Assembly: GCA_963732115.1 (NCBI GenBank)
Contig: CAVSYN010000005.1
Location: 65,410 to 129,409, forward strand
Direction: 5' to 3'
DNA from: an uncultured Bacteroidales bacterium
Lineage (GTDB): Bacteria; Bacteroidota; Bacteroidia; Bacteroidales; VadinHA17
DNA length: 64,000 nt
Shown in pieces: positions 55,772-64,000 of the stretch (positions are counted from its first letter, which is position 1; every line of letters begins with the position of its first letter). The position numbers and the translations under genes are program-made. The notes under the pieces are model-generated. The model was not told the DNA's origin and made no database searches. It saw only the letters and a list, made by a program, of their open reading frames with translations.

Positions 55772-56279
55772 ACTGGTCAGAACACTGCAAAACCAGAAAC
55801 ATTCCGGGAAGAAAATCCTCCTGCTTGGGGTGAGTTTTGCACTACTTGACCTGGCCGAAGCCTATTCGCCCGATCTCTCAGGTATCATAGTGATGGAGAC
55901 AGGCGGCATGAAAGGACGAAGAAAAGAGGTAACAAGGGAGGAGTTGCATGAGACTCTGAAAGAGAAGTTTAACGTTCAGGTTATTCATTCTGAATATGGA
56001 ATGACAGAACTTTTAAGCCAGGCATATTCAAAAGGGAAGGGGATATTCAATTGTCCGCCATGGATGAGGATAATGCTAAGAGACCTACACGATCCTCTTT
56101 CAATTATTAACGAACCGGGAAAAACCGGAGGGATAAACGTTGTTGACCTGGCAAATCTTTATTCCTGTTCCTTCATTGCAACCAACGACCTGGGGAAGCT
56201 GCACAATGACGGCAGTTTTGAAGTTCTGGGCAGGTTTGACAACAGTGACATCAGGGGTTGTAACCTGATGGCGGACTGA
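55737..56279 (+). CDS. LuxE/PaaK-like protein, C-terminal fragment
   Basis: 180-aa ORF. The genuine part begins RELVRTLQNQKHSGKKILLLGVSFALLD and includes METGGMKGRRKE and SEYGMTELLSQAY. Confidence 0.6.
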   Translation: MKAAFTIIKGRELVRTLQNQKHSGKKILLLGVSFALLDLAEAYSPDLSGIIVMETGGMKGRRKEVTREELHETLKEKFNVQVIHSEYGMTELLSQAYSKGKGIFNCPPWMRIMLRDLHDPLSIINEPGKTGGINVVDLANLYSCSFIATNDLGKLHNDGSFEVLGRFDNSDIRGCNLMAD

Positions 56280-56283
56280 AGGT

Positions 56284-57327
56284 TTATTTAAGGTAAACTA
56301 TCTTATTATTTCTGGCGCTTTCATAAATTGCTTCTACAATTTCCACTGCCTTGCGTGCTTCCAAGGCATCAATTGCGGGAGCGTGACCATTATCAACTGC
56401 CTTAATAAAATCGAGAAGCTGACGCAGATGCCCGATATCTCCTATTGCTTTAGGATCAGATACACCGCCGCCTGAGTTATGTTCACCCGAATATTTCTGC
56501 CTTACTATCTGATCGGAGTCTCTTTCTTCATCGAATTTCCATATGGAAATGTTTTCTTCCTCAACAATAACTGATCCATTTGTACCAAGTATTTCGATCT
56601 TCCGGTAAAAACCGGGGCTAATTGCTGTTGATGCTTCAATCACTCCAAGGGCACCATTAGCAAATCGGAGCGAGGCGACTGCGGCGTCCTCCACTTCCAG
56701 GTTGGTGTGCCCAAGACAGCCGGAAAATGCACAGACTGAAACCACCTTACCCATGAACCATTGCAGCAAATCGACCGAATGGATACCCTGACTCATCACG
56801 GCGCCACCGCCACTCAGGGCTATACTCGATCTCCACTTTACGTTACTATAGTATTCGGGTGTTCTGTGCCATTTAATGAATGCGTCGCCCATAACGAGGT
56901 TGCCAAAACGACCTTCATCAATCGCTTTTTTAAGTTCAATATTCACCTTGTTGAAACGCATCGGGAAAATACCGCCAACCATCACCTTTTGCTTTATGCC
57001 GGCATCAATAATCTTGTCACAGCGTTCCAGAGTAATTTCAAGGGGCTTTTCAATAACACAGTGCTTCCCGCAACTAATCACTTTGAGTGCAGGCTCGAGA
57101 TGCAAACCGGAGGGAGTGCAGATGCACACCATATCAATTTTGCTGTCATTGCAAAGCTCTTCAGCACTACCAAATGGCTTGCAATTGAATTGCTGGCTGA
57201 AAGCAAGGGTATTAACAGGATTCAGGTCATATACCCCTACCAGTTCAACATCCATAATTGTGTCGATAGCCCTTGCATGTACCTCAGCAATTGCACCTGC
57301 ACCGATTATACCAAAACCATGTTTCAT
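56284..57327 (-). CDS. Gfo/Idh/MocA-family oxidoreductase
   Basis: 347 aa. Rossmann GFGIIGAGAIAEVHARAI and the EKP motif VIEKPLE. Confidence 0.8.
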   Translation of the reverse strand: MKHGFGIIGAGAIAEVHARAIDTIMDVELVGVYDLNPVNTLAFSQQFNCKPFGSAEELCNDSKIDMVCICTPSGLHLEPALKVISCGKHCVIEKPLEITLERCDKIIDAGIKQKVMVGGIFPMRFNKVNIELKKAIDEGRFGNLVMGDAFIKWHRTPEYYSNVKWRSSIALSGGGAVMSQGIHSVDLLQWFMGKVVSVCAFSGCLGHTNLEVEDAAVASLRFANGALGVIEASTAISPGFYRKIEILGTNGSVIVEEENISIWKFDEERDSDQIVRQKYSGEHNSGGGVSDPKAIGDIGHLRQLLDFIKAVDNGHAPAIDALEARKAVEIVEAIYESARNNKIVYLK

Positions 57328-57347
57328 AACTTATTCATGGTCTGCCA

Positions 57348-57677
57348 TCATTCTTTTTTGGATTTCTTCAGAACCTGTTCATATGAATGATCGATCCACG
57401 AGAACACCTCTTTATCCGGAATAGTCCCATCAAGCTGAACTGTATTCCAGTATTTTTTATTCATGTGGTAGCCCGGGGTAACCGCCTGGTATCTTTCCCT
57501 CAGCTCCAGTGCCAGTTCGGGATCGCACTTAAGATTAATGCTAAGTTCTCCCTCTAGGCTTACCAATGCAAATATTTTACCTTCCACCTTAAAAACAAGT
57601 GTTTCATCATCGAACGGAAAACTTTCAGTAACATTGTTTTTCGATATGCAGTGTTCTCTTAAAGACTCAATATTCAT
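57348..57677 (-). CDS. MmcQ/YjbR-family protein
   Basis: 109 aa. ESFPFDDETLVFKVEGKIFA...TPGYHMNKKYWNTV is the YjbR pattern. Confidence 0.75.
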   Translation of the reverse strand: MNIESLREHCISKNNVTESFPFDDETLVFKVEGKIFALVSLEGELSINLKCDPELALELRERYQAVTPGYHMNKKYWNTVQLDGTIPDKEVFSWIDHSYEQVLKKSKKE

Positions 57678-57687
57678 AAATAGATTT

Positions 57688-58050
57688 TTATCTTAAAGTC
57701 GGATAAAAGGCGTCTTCTATATGGTTGATCCTGAATTTATCGTCTTCATTAATTAATACGATCACATCAAACCTGCTTTCCTTTTCCAGTCCAAATCTCC
57801 GTAAATATGTGTCGGCCACAAAAACAATTGATCTCTGCTTATCGCGGCTTACAAGATCGCGGGCATCAACCAGATCTTCCGACCTTGTTTTGACTTCAAC
57901 AAAAACTATAAGGTCTTTGTTCTCCGCGACAATATCAACCTCATGTTTGCCTGATTTCCAGTTCCTGTGCCGTATTTTAAAGCCTTTTTTCTGAAGGTAT
58001 TCGGCAGCAAAAGCTTCCCCTTTTTGTCCAAGAGATTGTGATTCGCTCAT
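57688..58050 (-). CDS. YraN-family (UPF0102) endonuclease-fold protein
   Basis: 120 aa. GQKGEAFAAEYLQKKGFKIRHRNWKSGKHEVDIVAENKDLIVFVEVKTR shows the PD-(D/E)xK-like D...EVK arrangement. Confidence 0.8.
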   Translation of the reverse strand: MSESQSLGQKGEAFAAEYLQKKGFKIRHRNWKSGKHEVDIVAENKDLIVFVEVKTRSEDLVDARDLVSRDKQRSIVFVADTYLRRFGLEKESRFDVIVLINEDDKFRINHIEDAFYPTLR

Positions 58051-58078
58051 ATGACGTTGATTTACAGTAGAAAAGTAA

Positions 58079-58720
58079 CTAAATTTCTATCAGCTTGTTT
58101 TTAATCGCGTAGAGGATCAGGCTTGCAGTGTTTTTGGAATTTGTTTTCCCGAGAAGATTTGCCCTGTGCTTATCCACGGTCCTTTTACTGATGAAGAGCG
58201 CCTCTGCAATTTCCTGGTTGGACAGCCCCTCACATATTTTCATGAGTATCTCCTTTTCCCTTTTTGACAGGTTTGCAGTTTTGATTTCGTTTTCCCTGTG
58301 CTTTATTTTCTGGATCACATGGTATAAAAGCTCCTGCGAAAAATAACTTCCTCCCTTATTGACTGTCAGTATTGCCTCCTTGACCTCAGCGATATCCGAA
58401 TCCTTAAGTACGAATCCCTTTGCACCGGCATCGACCATTTTATAATAGTATTCTTCTTCACCATACATTGAAAGGGCAATTATATTTATGTCGGGAGTGA
58501 TCTTTAGTCCTTTTCTTGTTGCCTCGATGCCATCCATTTCCGGCATATTTATGTCCATGAGAGCAATGTCGGCCTTTGTGTTTCTAAGCACTTTCAGAAA
58601 TTCTTCTCCGTTTGAAGCCTCTCCTGCAACTTCAAACTCGGGAAACGCATTAAGCAGTATTTTAAGGCCATTACGAAAAAGCTGATGATCATCCGCGATT
58701 ATAATTCTGATCTTTTCCAT
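58079..58720 (-). CDS. NarL/FixJ-type response regulator (receiver + LuxR HTH)
   Basis: 213 aa. Receiver IRIIIADDHQLF...DIALMDINMPEMDG. HTH segment LSKREKEILMKICEGLSNQEIAEALFISKRTVDKH. Confidence 0.88.
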   Translation of the reverse strand: MEKIRIIIADDHQLFRNGLKILLNAFPEFEVAGEASNGEEFLKVLRNTKADIALMDINMPEMDGIEATRKGLKITPDINIIALSMYGEEEYYYKMVDAGAKGFVLKDSDIAEVKEAILTVNKGGSYFSQELLYHVIQKIKHRENEIKTANLSKREKEILMKICEGLSNQEIAEALFISKRTVDKHRANLLGKTNSKNTASLILYAIKNKLIEI

Positions 58721-58728
58721 ATTCCGGT

Positions 58729-58920
58729 TCAGTCAATGATTTTAATAAGAGCGCTTGTCCCCTTGCCGGGAGTGCTCTCAAGTATGAAAACACCATCAAC
58801 GGATCTGACCCGGGTCTCTATATTCGATATCCCCATACCTTTTGTATCTTCTTCTCTCCAGAGACGAAGTGTCAAAACCGCGCCCGTTGTCATAAAACTG
58901 CAAGGTAATAAATTTTTCAT
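58729..58920 (-). CDS. sensor histidine kinase, C-terminal fragment (G2 box)
   Basis: 63-aa ORF. The genuine part is KGMGISNIETRVRSVDGVFILESTPGKGTSALIKI. Confidence 0.65.
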   Translation of the reverse strand: MKNLLPCSFMTTGAVLTLRLWREEDTKGMGISNIETRVRSVDGVFILESTPGKGTSALIKIID

Positions 58921-59185
58921 GTTTGTTTAACTCTATCTCTATCCTTGAAGCCCCCGAGTGCCTGATGGAATTATTGATCAGTTCACATGCCGCCCTGTAT
59001 ACAACAACCTCTTTTTCACTTTCAAGCCGCTGATTCTCCATGTTCGATTTGAAATCGATTTCGATGGCTTTGGTCTGGTTGATTTTTGCCGTAAATGCCG
59101 ACAGAGCGCTGGTAAGTCCGAAATTTGACAATACATGCGGACTGAGGTTGTTTGAAATATCCTTCAAGTGTATTGATAGCCTCAT
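58796..59185 (-). CDS. sensor histidine kinase, HATPase fragment
   Basis: 129-aa ORF LKDISNNLSPHVLSNFGLTSAL...VVYRAACELINNSIRHSGAS...FYDNGRGF (N and G1 boxes). Confidence 0.7.
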   Translation of the reverse strand: MRLSIHLKDISNNLSPHVLSNFGLTSALSAFTAKINQTKAIEIDFKSNMENQRLESEKEVVVYRAACELINNSIRHSGASRIEIELNKHEKFITLQFYDNGRGFDTSSLERRRYKRYGDIEYRDPGQIR

Positions 59186-59675
59186 TCACCAGGTAATTTG
59201 TGTTGTTGAGGATATCCGTTCCCGACTGGTCCTTGATCCTTTCGCTTAAAGCCGAAAGTGACATCTTCACGGTCGACATCAAAGGTCCGAGTCCGTCGTG
59301 AAGGTCTTTTGCAAATCTCTTCCTTTCATTCTCTTCTGTATTGATTATGGCATTTATGACCCTTTTTTCTGACCTGAGACGGTCAATCTCAGCCCGTTTG
59401 AGAGAATAGAACAGTTCGCGCATAAGAATCACACCAACGAATATCATAACTGAAATCAGCACACCGGTCCACTGATCAACCATCTGCCAGGTAAAAGGAG
59501 AACCAAGGAAGTATTCAAACAACTGGAAAATCAAACGGGCAGCCATAAAAACAAACGAAAGCGAAAGGAGTATCCACGAGAGCCGGTATTTAGTAAGCTT
59601 CATGAATCTCAGGGCTATTGAGGCCGCTACGATTTGCAGAACAACCGAAATGATCAGGGCAATTAACCTTACCAT
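59022..59675 (-). CDS. sensor histidine kinase (HisKA_3 type), membrane + dimerisation fragment
   Basis: 217-aa ORF with 4 predicted TM helices, then the H-box ERKRFAKDLHDGLGP. The last ~45 aa are out of frame. Confidence 0.8.
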   Translation of the reverse strand: MVRLIALIISVVLQIVAASIALRFMKLTKYRLSWILLSLSFVFMAARLIFQLFEYFLGSPFTWQMVDQWTGVLISVMIFVGVILMRELFYSLKRAEIDRLRSEKRVINAIINTEENERKRFAKDLHDGLGPLMSTVKMSLSALSERIKDQSGTDILNNTNYLVNEAINTLEGYFKQPQSACIVKFRTYQRSVGIYGKNQPDQSHRNRFQIEHGESAA

Positions 59676-59806
59676 GGCGTATCAGGTATTATGGTACAAA
59701 AGTATAAGTAATTCTGAAATGGTTCAAAGGTGAAAAGGCATAAAGACCTTTGCACCTTTGTACCGTTATACCTTTTTACTACCTTTGGCCAGGTCAATTC
59801 TTTTTT

Positions 59807-61054
59807 ATGAATGTTATTTATAACCTTGGTATCCTGATATATATCTTTCTTGTCAGGCTGGCTTCACCTTATAATTCCAAGGCCAGCTTATGGATAAGCG
59901 GCAGGAAAAACTGGGAAAGTTTACTTAAGAACAAAATAAACCCGGCTGATAAAAATATCTGGATCCATTGCGCATCGCTCGGAGAGTTTGAGCAGGGCAG
60001 GACGGTAATTGAAATGCTTAAAAAAGAAAGGCCGGAATTTAAGATCGTCCTGACATTCTTTTCACCTTCAGGTTATGAGGTGCGCAAAAATTACCCATTT
60101 GCTGACTATGTTTGCTACCTTCCTGCAGATACACCGGGAAATGCTTCAAAGTTTGTCTCGCTTATCAATCCGGCATTTGTGGTCTTTGTGAAATATGAAT
60201 TCTGGAATAATTACATCCTTAAGCTTTCCTGGAACAAAGTGCCGCTCTACCTTATCTCGGGAATATTCAGGCTGGACCAGCCCTTCTTTAAATGGTATGG
60301 TACCTTTTTCAGGAAGGTACTATCCGGCTTCACACACTTCTTTGTCCAGAACCAGGAATCGATGGAATTGCTTAAAGGAATTGGGATTGACAATGTAATG
60401 GTTACAGGCGATACCAGGTTCGACAGGGTTGTTCAGATTGCTGAAGCTGCAAAGGACATTCCGCAGCTTAAGCTTTTCAGAGGTGAGGAGAAGCTGTTCC
60501 TTGCCGGAAGCAGCTGGCCGGGTGATGAAGAGATCATAGCGGCTTATATAAATAAATACCCATTAAAGATGAAATGGGTATTCGCGCCTCATGAAATAGA
60601 ACAGAATAATCTTGAAAGGCTGTCAAGGCTTTTTGATACAAGTGTTGTGAGATTCTCTCAATTTGCAGAAGATAAAAGTGATGCACGGGTGATGATCATG
60701 GATAATATAGGGATGCTTTCATCGGCTTACAAATATGCAGAAATTGCTGAAGTAGGAGGCGGGTTCGGGAAGGGGATCCATAATATACTGGAAGCGGCGT
60801 GCTGGGGAATTCCGGTTATCTTTGGTCCGAATCACAAAAAATTCAGAGAAGCAACAGATCTGATGGAACTGGGCGGGGCCAGGTGCTTTAATACTTTTGA
60901 TGAGTTTTCAGAGATCCTGGATAACTTATTGTCTGATAGTGATATGTATTCCGGATCAGCAAAATCAGCTGCCGGTTATGTTAAACAAAATACAGGTGCG
61001 ACAGCTAAAATAATGGCAAAGTTAGTTCCCAAAGATATGAACAGCGCACTTTAA
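59807..61054 (+). CDS. waaA: 3-deoxy-D-manno-octulosonic acid (Kdo) transferase
   Basis: Track ORF 59750..61054 (TTG). I start at the ATG at 59807 (MNVIYNLGILIY). IWIHCASLGEFEQGR and TFFSPSG are WaaA/KdtA motifs. Confidence 0.85.
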   Translation: MNVIYNLGILIYIFLVRLASPYNSKASLWISGRKNWESLLKNKINPADKNIWIHCASLGEFEQGRTVIEMLKKERPEFKIVLTFFSPSGYEVRKNYPFADYVCYLPADTPGNASKFVSLINPAFVVFVKYEFWNNYILKLSWNKVPLYLISGIFRLDQPFFKWYGTFFRKVLSGFTHFFVQNQESMELLKGIGIDNVMVTGDTRFDRVVQIAEAAKDIPQLKLFRGEEKLFLAGSSWPGDEEIIAAYINKYPLKMKWVFAPHEIEQNNLERLSRLFDTSVVRFSQFAEDKSDARVMIMDNIGMLSSAYKYAEIAEVGGGFGKGIHNILEAACWGIPVIFGPNHKKFREATDLMELGGARCFNTFDEFSEILDNLLSDSDMYSGSAKSAAGYVKQNTGATAKIMAKLVPKDMNSAL

Positions 61055-61214
61055 TAAGTTGTTTAAAACTTAACCAGACCTGTTTAAAAGGCTTCCTTTA
61101 AAGAGATGTAAATTGTTGCTCCGGATTTGAAAAAAAGGCCTGTTCGTAATGATCAAACATTTAAGTAATTAGTATAATCAGAAAAAATATTTATTAATCC
61201 TTAATCCTAAATTT

Positions 61215-63566
61215 ATGATAAAACAATTGAAAAGATTTCTGGTGATGCTGATTCTTCTGCCGGTATCTGTTGTGATATTCGGTCAGGGATCAACAACGTC
61301 GGAACTAAAGGGAAGGGTACTTGACAGTTCAGGGCAGCCGCTGCCGGGTGCAGCCATTGTCGCTGTTCATGTTCCGTCAGGTACGCAGTATGCCACATCT
61401 GCAGATGCCGCAGGAAACTACCGGATTCAGAATATGAGGGTAGGCGGGCCTTATACCATTAAAGTTACATTTATCGGGTACTTATCAAGCAGTTACACCG
61501 ATGCTTACCTGAAACTGGGCGAGAGTTATGTTCAGAATGCAGAACTATCCCAGGCAACAACCACCTTACAGGAGGTAGTTGTCTCTTCCAACGCCCGAGG
61601 TTCCATATTAAGCTCGGAGCGATCAGGAACCCAGACAAACATCAGCAGCCGTGATTTAGCCAGTCTGCCCACAATCAGCCGCAGCATTACAGACTTCGCT
61701 AAGTTAACTCCGCAATCGCAGGGTAACTCTATTCTTGGCCGTGATGGCCGTTTTAATACAATCACAGTTGACGGTGCTGCATTCAACAACAACTTCGGTC
61801 TGAGCAGCAACCCGCTGCCGGGAGGAGAAGCTCAGCCTATTGCCCTCGATGCTATTGAGGAAGTTTCTGTCAGCATTGCTCCTTACGACGTGCGCATGTC
61901 GCAATTTACCGGCGCCAGCATTAATGCTGTGACCCGCAGCGGCGATAACTCTTTTAAAGGATCTGTTTACACCTATCTGCGTCCAAAATCGTTTACAGGC
62001 AACACAGTTGACGGCACTGAAGTTACAGGTGCAAACAGCAGGAGTTCTCAGAATTTCGGTTTCCGCATTGGAGGTCCGATAATCAAGAACAAACTCTTTT
62101 TCTTCCTTAGCGGTGAATATGAAAAAGTGCTGATACCTGGTGTTGACTGGAAGCCAAGCACCGACGGTGTGGCCAATGCAGACCTGAAAATCTCAAGGAC
62201 AACGGAGGCTGACATGGTCAGAGTAAGGGATTTCCTGATGTCAACTTATAATTATGATCCAGGGAAATACAAGGATTTTGATCCTTTTCAGAACAAGAAT
62301 ACCAAAATTCTTGCCCGTGTCGACTGGAACATCAGCAAAGATCATAAGTTTACCCTGCGTTATAACGATGTTGTCGGCACCTCCGATCAGCAGACAAATT
62401 CAACCAGCGGTCCTCCGAACAACCTGCGTAATTCAGGAAGGATAAGCAGCCAGTCACTTGCATTCTCAAATGCTTTCTACGGCTTTAAAAATACTGTACG
62501 CTCCCTCACCGGTGAACTTAACAGTAATTTCGGATCAAGATTTTCAAATAAACTGCTTGCCAGCTATACATTCATAGAGGATACCCGTACAAGCAATTCA
62601 GACCTCTTCCCGTTTGTCGATATCTGGCAGGGCGGCGATCAGTACATGTCGTTCGGTTATGAGCTTTTCACCTTTAACAATGATGTGACCAACAAAACAC
62701 TAAGCATAACCGATAATTTCACTGTCAACCTGAACAAACACTCGCTCACTGCAGGCCTTGCATACGATCGTCTCTATTTCTACAATTCCTATATCCGTGA
62801 AGGTACATCCTACTACAGGTATGGCTCAGTTGATGATTTTATAAATGGTGCTGATCCTACCGGATTCGGAGTAACATACGGCTATAACGGTAATGATGCT
62901 CCGGGCGCAATCCTGACCTTTGGAATGATGGCAGGTTACCTGCAGGATGAGTGGCAGATCAGCCCGAAACTGACTGCAACTTATGGCGTCAGGTTTGAAA
63001 TGCCGGTTTACCTCGACAAAATGAAAGATAATCCGGCTATTTCAGCTTTGACCTTTGCGGATGGTTATAAAATGGATGTAAGTGCATGGCCTAAAAACCA
63101 GCTGTTGATCTCCCCGCGTTTAGGATTCAACTATGACGTTCTTGGCGACCGTTCTCTCCAGATCCGCGGAGGATCAGGAATCTTTACCGGTATGCTTCCG
63201 TTCGTATGGTTCACAAACCAGCCGACAAACTCAGGACTGATCCAGGTTCCTGAAATAGGATGGGGACCTGGCAATGTAAACCTTGTGGGACTTGAATTCC
63301 AGCCTGATTACAAGGAATTTATTGCAAGCAGACCTGACCTGTTCCCTCAGAGCGCGAGCACGCTTCCAGTCGGTTCTTCACTGGCTGAGGTCAGCAAGGA
63401 TTTCAAATTCCCGCAGATCTGGCGTTCAAATCTTGGTATTGATGTTGAGCTTCCATGGAATATGATATTCACAGGCGAAGCAATCTTCTCGAAAGACATA
63501 AATGCCATAAAACAGATAAACGTGAACGAAGTCAGCTCCTGCAGGGACAATGGCCGGACCGGATAA
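61215..63566 (+). CDS. TonB-dependent receptor with N-terminal carboxypeptidase-regulatory-like domain (main body; frame break near 63530)
   Basis: 783-aa ORF. It has a signal peptide. The CarboxypepD_reg-like segment is GRVLDSSGQPLPGAAIVAVHVPSGTQYATSADAAGNYRIQNM, and the plug region is RSITDFAKLTPQ. Confidence 0.8.
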   Translation: MIKQLKRFLVMLILLPVSVVIFGQGSTTSELKGRVLDSSGQPLPGAAIVAVHVPSGTQYATSADAAGNYRIQNMRVGGPYTIKVTFIGYLSSSYTDAYLKLGESYVQNAELSQATTTLQEVVVSSNARGSILSSERSGTQTNISSRDLASLPTISRSITDFAKLTPQSQGNSILGRDGRFNTITVDGAAFNNNFGLSSNPLPGGEAQPIALDAIEEVSVSIAPYDVRMSQFTGASINAVTRSGDNSFKGSVYTYLRPKSFTGNTVDGTEVTGANSRSSQNFGFRIGGPIIKNKLFFFLSGEYEKVLIPGVDWKPSTDGVANADLKISRTTEADMVRVRDFLMSTYNYDPGKYKDFDPFQNKNTKILARVDWNISKDHKFTLRYNDVVGTSDQQTNSTSGPPNNLRNSGRISSQSLAFSNAFYGFKNTVRSLTGELNSNFGSRFSNKLLASYTFIEDTRTSNSDLFPFVDIWQGGDQYMSFGYELFTFNNDVTNKTLSITDNFTVNLNKHSLTAGLAYDRLYFYNSYIREGTSYYRYGSVDDFINGADPTGFGVTYGYNGNDAPGAILTFGMMAGYLQDEWQISPKLTATYGVRFEMPVYLDKMKDNPAISALTFADGYKMDVSAWPKNQLLISPRLGFNYDVLGDRSLQIRGGSGIFTGMLPFVWFTNQPTNSGLIQVPEIGWGPGNVNLVGLEFQPDYKEFIASRPDLFPQSASTLPVGSSLAEVSKDFKFPQIWRSNLGIDVELPWNMIFTGEAIFSKDINAIKQINVNEVSSCRDNGRTG

Positions 63567-64000
63567 CCGTCCATACTGGACAAACAAAACAGTGGTTGGA
63601 TCAGTATCAAGCGCCATGGTTCTTTCCAACACTCACGAGGGATACCAGTTCTCCCTGACAGCACAACTCACCAAGAACTTTACAAATGGTCTGTCCGGTA
63701 TGTTCGCCTATACCTATACAATGGCTAAAGACATTACAGCCAATCCGGGTTCGGCAGCATATTCTGCTTTCTCCTCCAACACAGCTGTCGGGAGCCTGAA
63801 TAATCCTGGCCTTAGCTATTCTAATTTTGCCACGCCTCATAAACTTATAGGTGATATTTCATACCGTATAGAATATGCAAATCATTTTGCCACAACATTC
63901 TCGCTTGTTTACCAGGGATACCAGACAGGACGCTGGTCATATATTTATTCCAATGACCTTAACGGCGACGGTATCTCATCCGACCTGATGTATATTCCCA
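63526..64000 (+). CDS. TonB-dependent receptor, continuation in +1 frame (runs off right edge)
   Basis: My translation from 63526 is TKSAPAGTMAGPDNRPYWTNKTVVGSVSSAMVLSNTHEGYQFSLTAQLTKNFTNGLSGMFAYTYTMAKD...NDLNGDGISSDLMYIP. It is open to the end of the window and has beta-barrel strand character. Confidence 0.7.

Noticed and set aside
56761-57424. Two long plus-strand ORFs (209 and 182 aa)
   Set aside because: Both are antisense to the Gfo/Idh/MocA oxidoreductase (56284..57327), which has the expected Rossmann and EKP motifs. Neither has supporting motifs.
57348-58050. YraN endonuclease plus YjbR as a toxin-antitoxin or defence pair
   Set aside because: Both are widespread single-domain housekeeping-type families (UPF0102, MmcQ/YjbR). 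There is no overlap or coupling typical of TA modules, and no associated mobile-element signatures.
3289-63566. Alternative genetic code (stop-codon reassignment) as the cause of the split genes
   Set aside because: Adjacent fragments are in different reading frames and overlap. They are not separated by in-frame TGA/TAG/TAA codons. Recoding of a stop would not repair them, whereas deleting one base does.

Overview
This is a Bacteroidota chromosomal segment, identified by the type IX secretion (T9SS)/gliding genes and by TAnnTTTG -7 boxes upstream of several genes. Nearly all of it is core housekeeping.

**Gene content**
- Translation and RNA modification: rbfA, trpS, metG, tsaE, trmB.
- DNA metabolism: topA, radA, holB.
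- Envelope: PBP1A, waaA, MlaEF-like and LolCE-like transporters.
- Metabolism: panCD, glmS, pgk, tpx, and NifU/Mrp Fe-S genes.
- A nucleotide-sugar block: rfbB, galE and WbpB/D/E-like genes.
- Three T9SS/gliding loci: porP-gldK-gldL-gldM-gldN (10.4-16.2 kb), porX plus a SprE/PorW-like TPR lipoprotein (42.7-47.0 kb), and gldH (49.7-50.2 kb).
- I found no rRNA, tRNA, CRISPR array, transposase, integrase or recognisable defence system.

**Observations worth follow-up**
1. A ~0.78 kb ORF-free, hairpin-dense foldback element lies between radA and the panCD operon (23898-24676). Mirrored hairpins keep their structure while differing in sequence. It could be a large structured RNA or a foldback MITE.
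2. There is a family of G/C-run palindromic intergenic repeats (1.8 kb and 53.1 kb, with fragments elsewhere). There are also CACG-type repeats at 22.3 kb and 54.6 kb.
3. Thirteen otherwise well-conserved genes carry 23 reading-frame breaks.
   - 22 of the 23 shift in the +1 (extra base) direction.
   - 14 of the 23 fall within 37.9-48.4 kb.
   - I read this as insertion-biased sequence error rather than biology, but it needs read-level checking.
4. An uncharacterised envelope gene module sits at 3.3-7.7 kb.

Functional calls rest on motif and family recognition from the translated ORFs. No database search was run.
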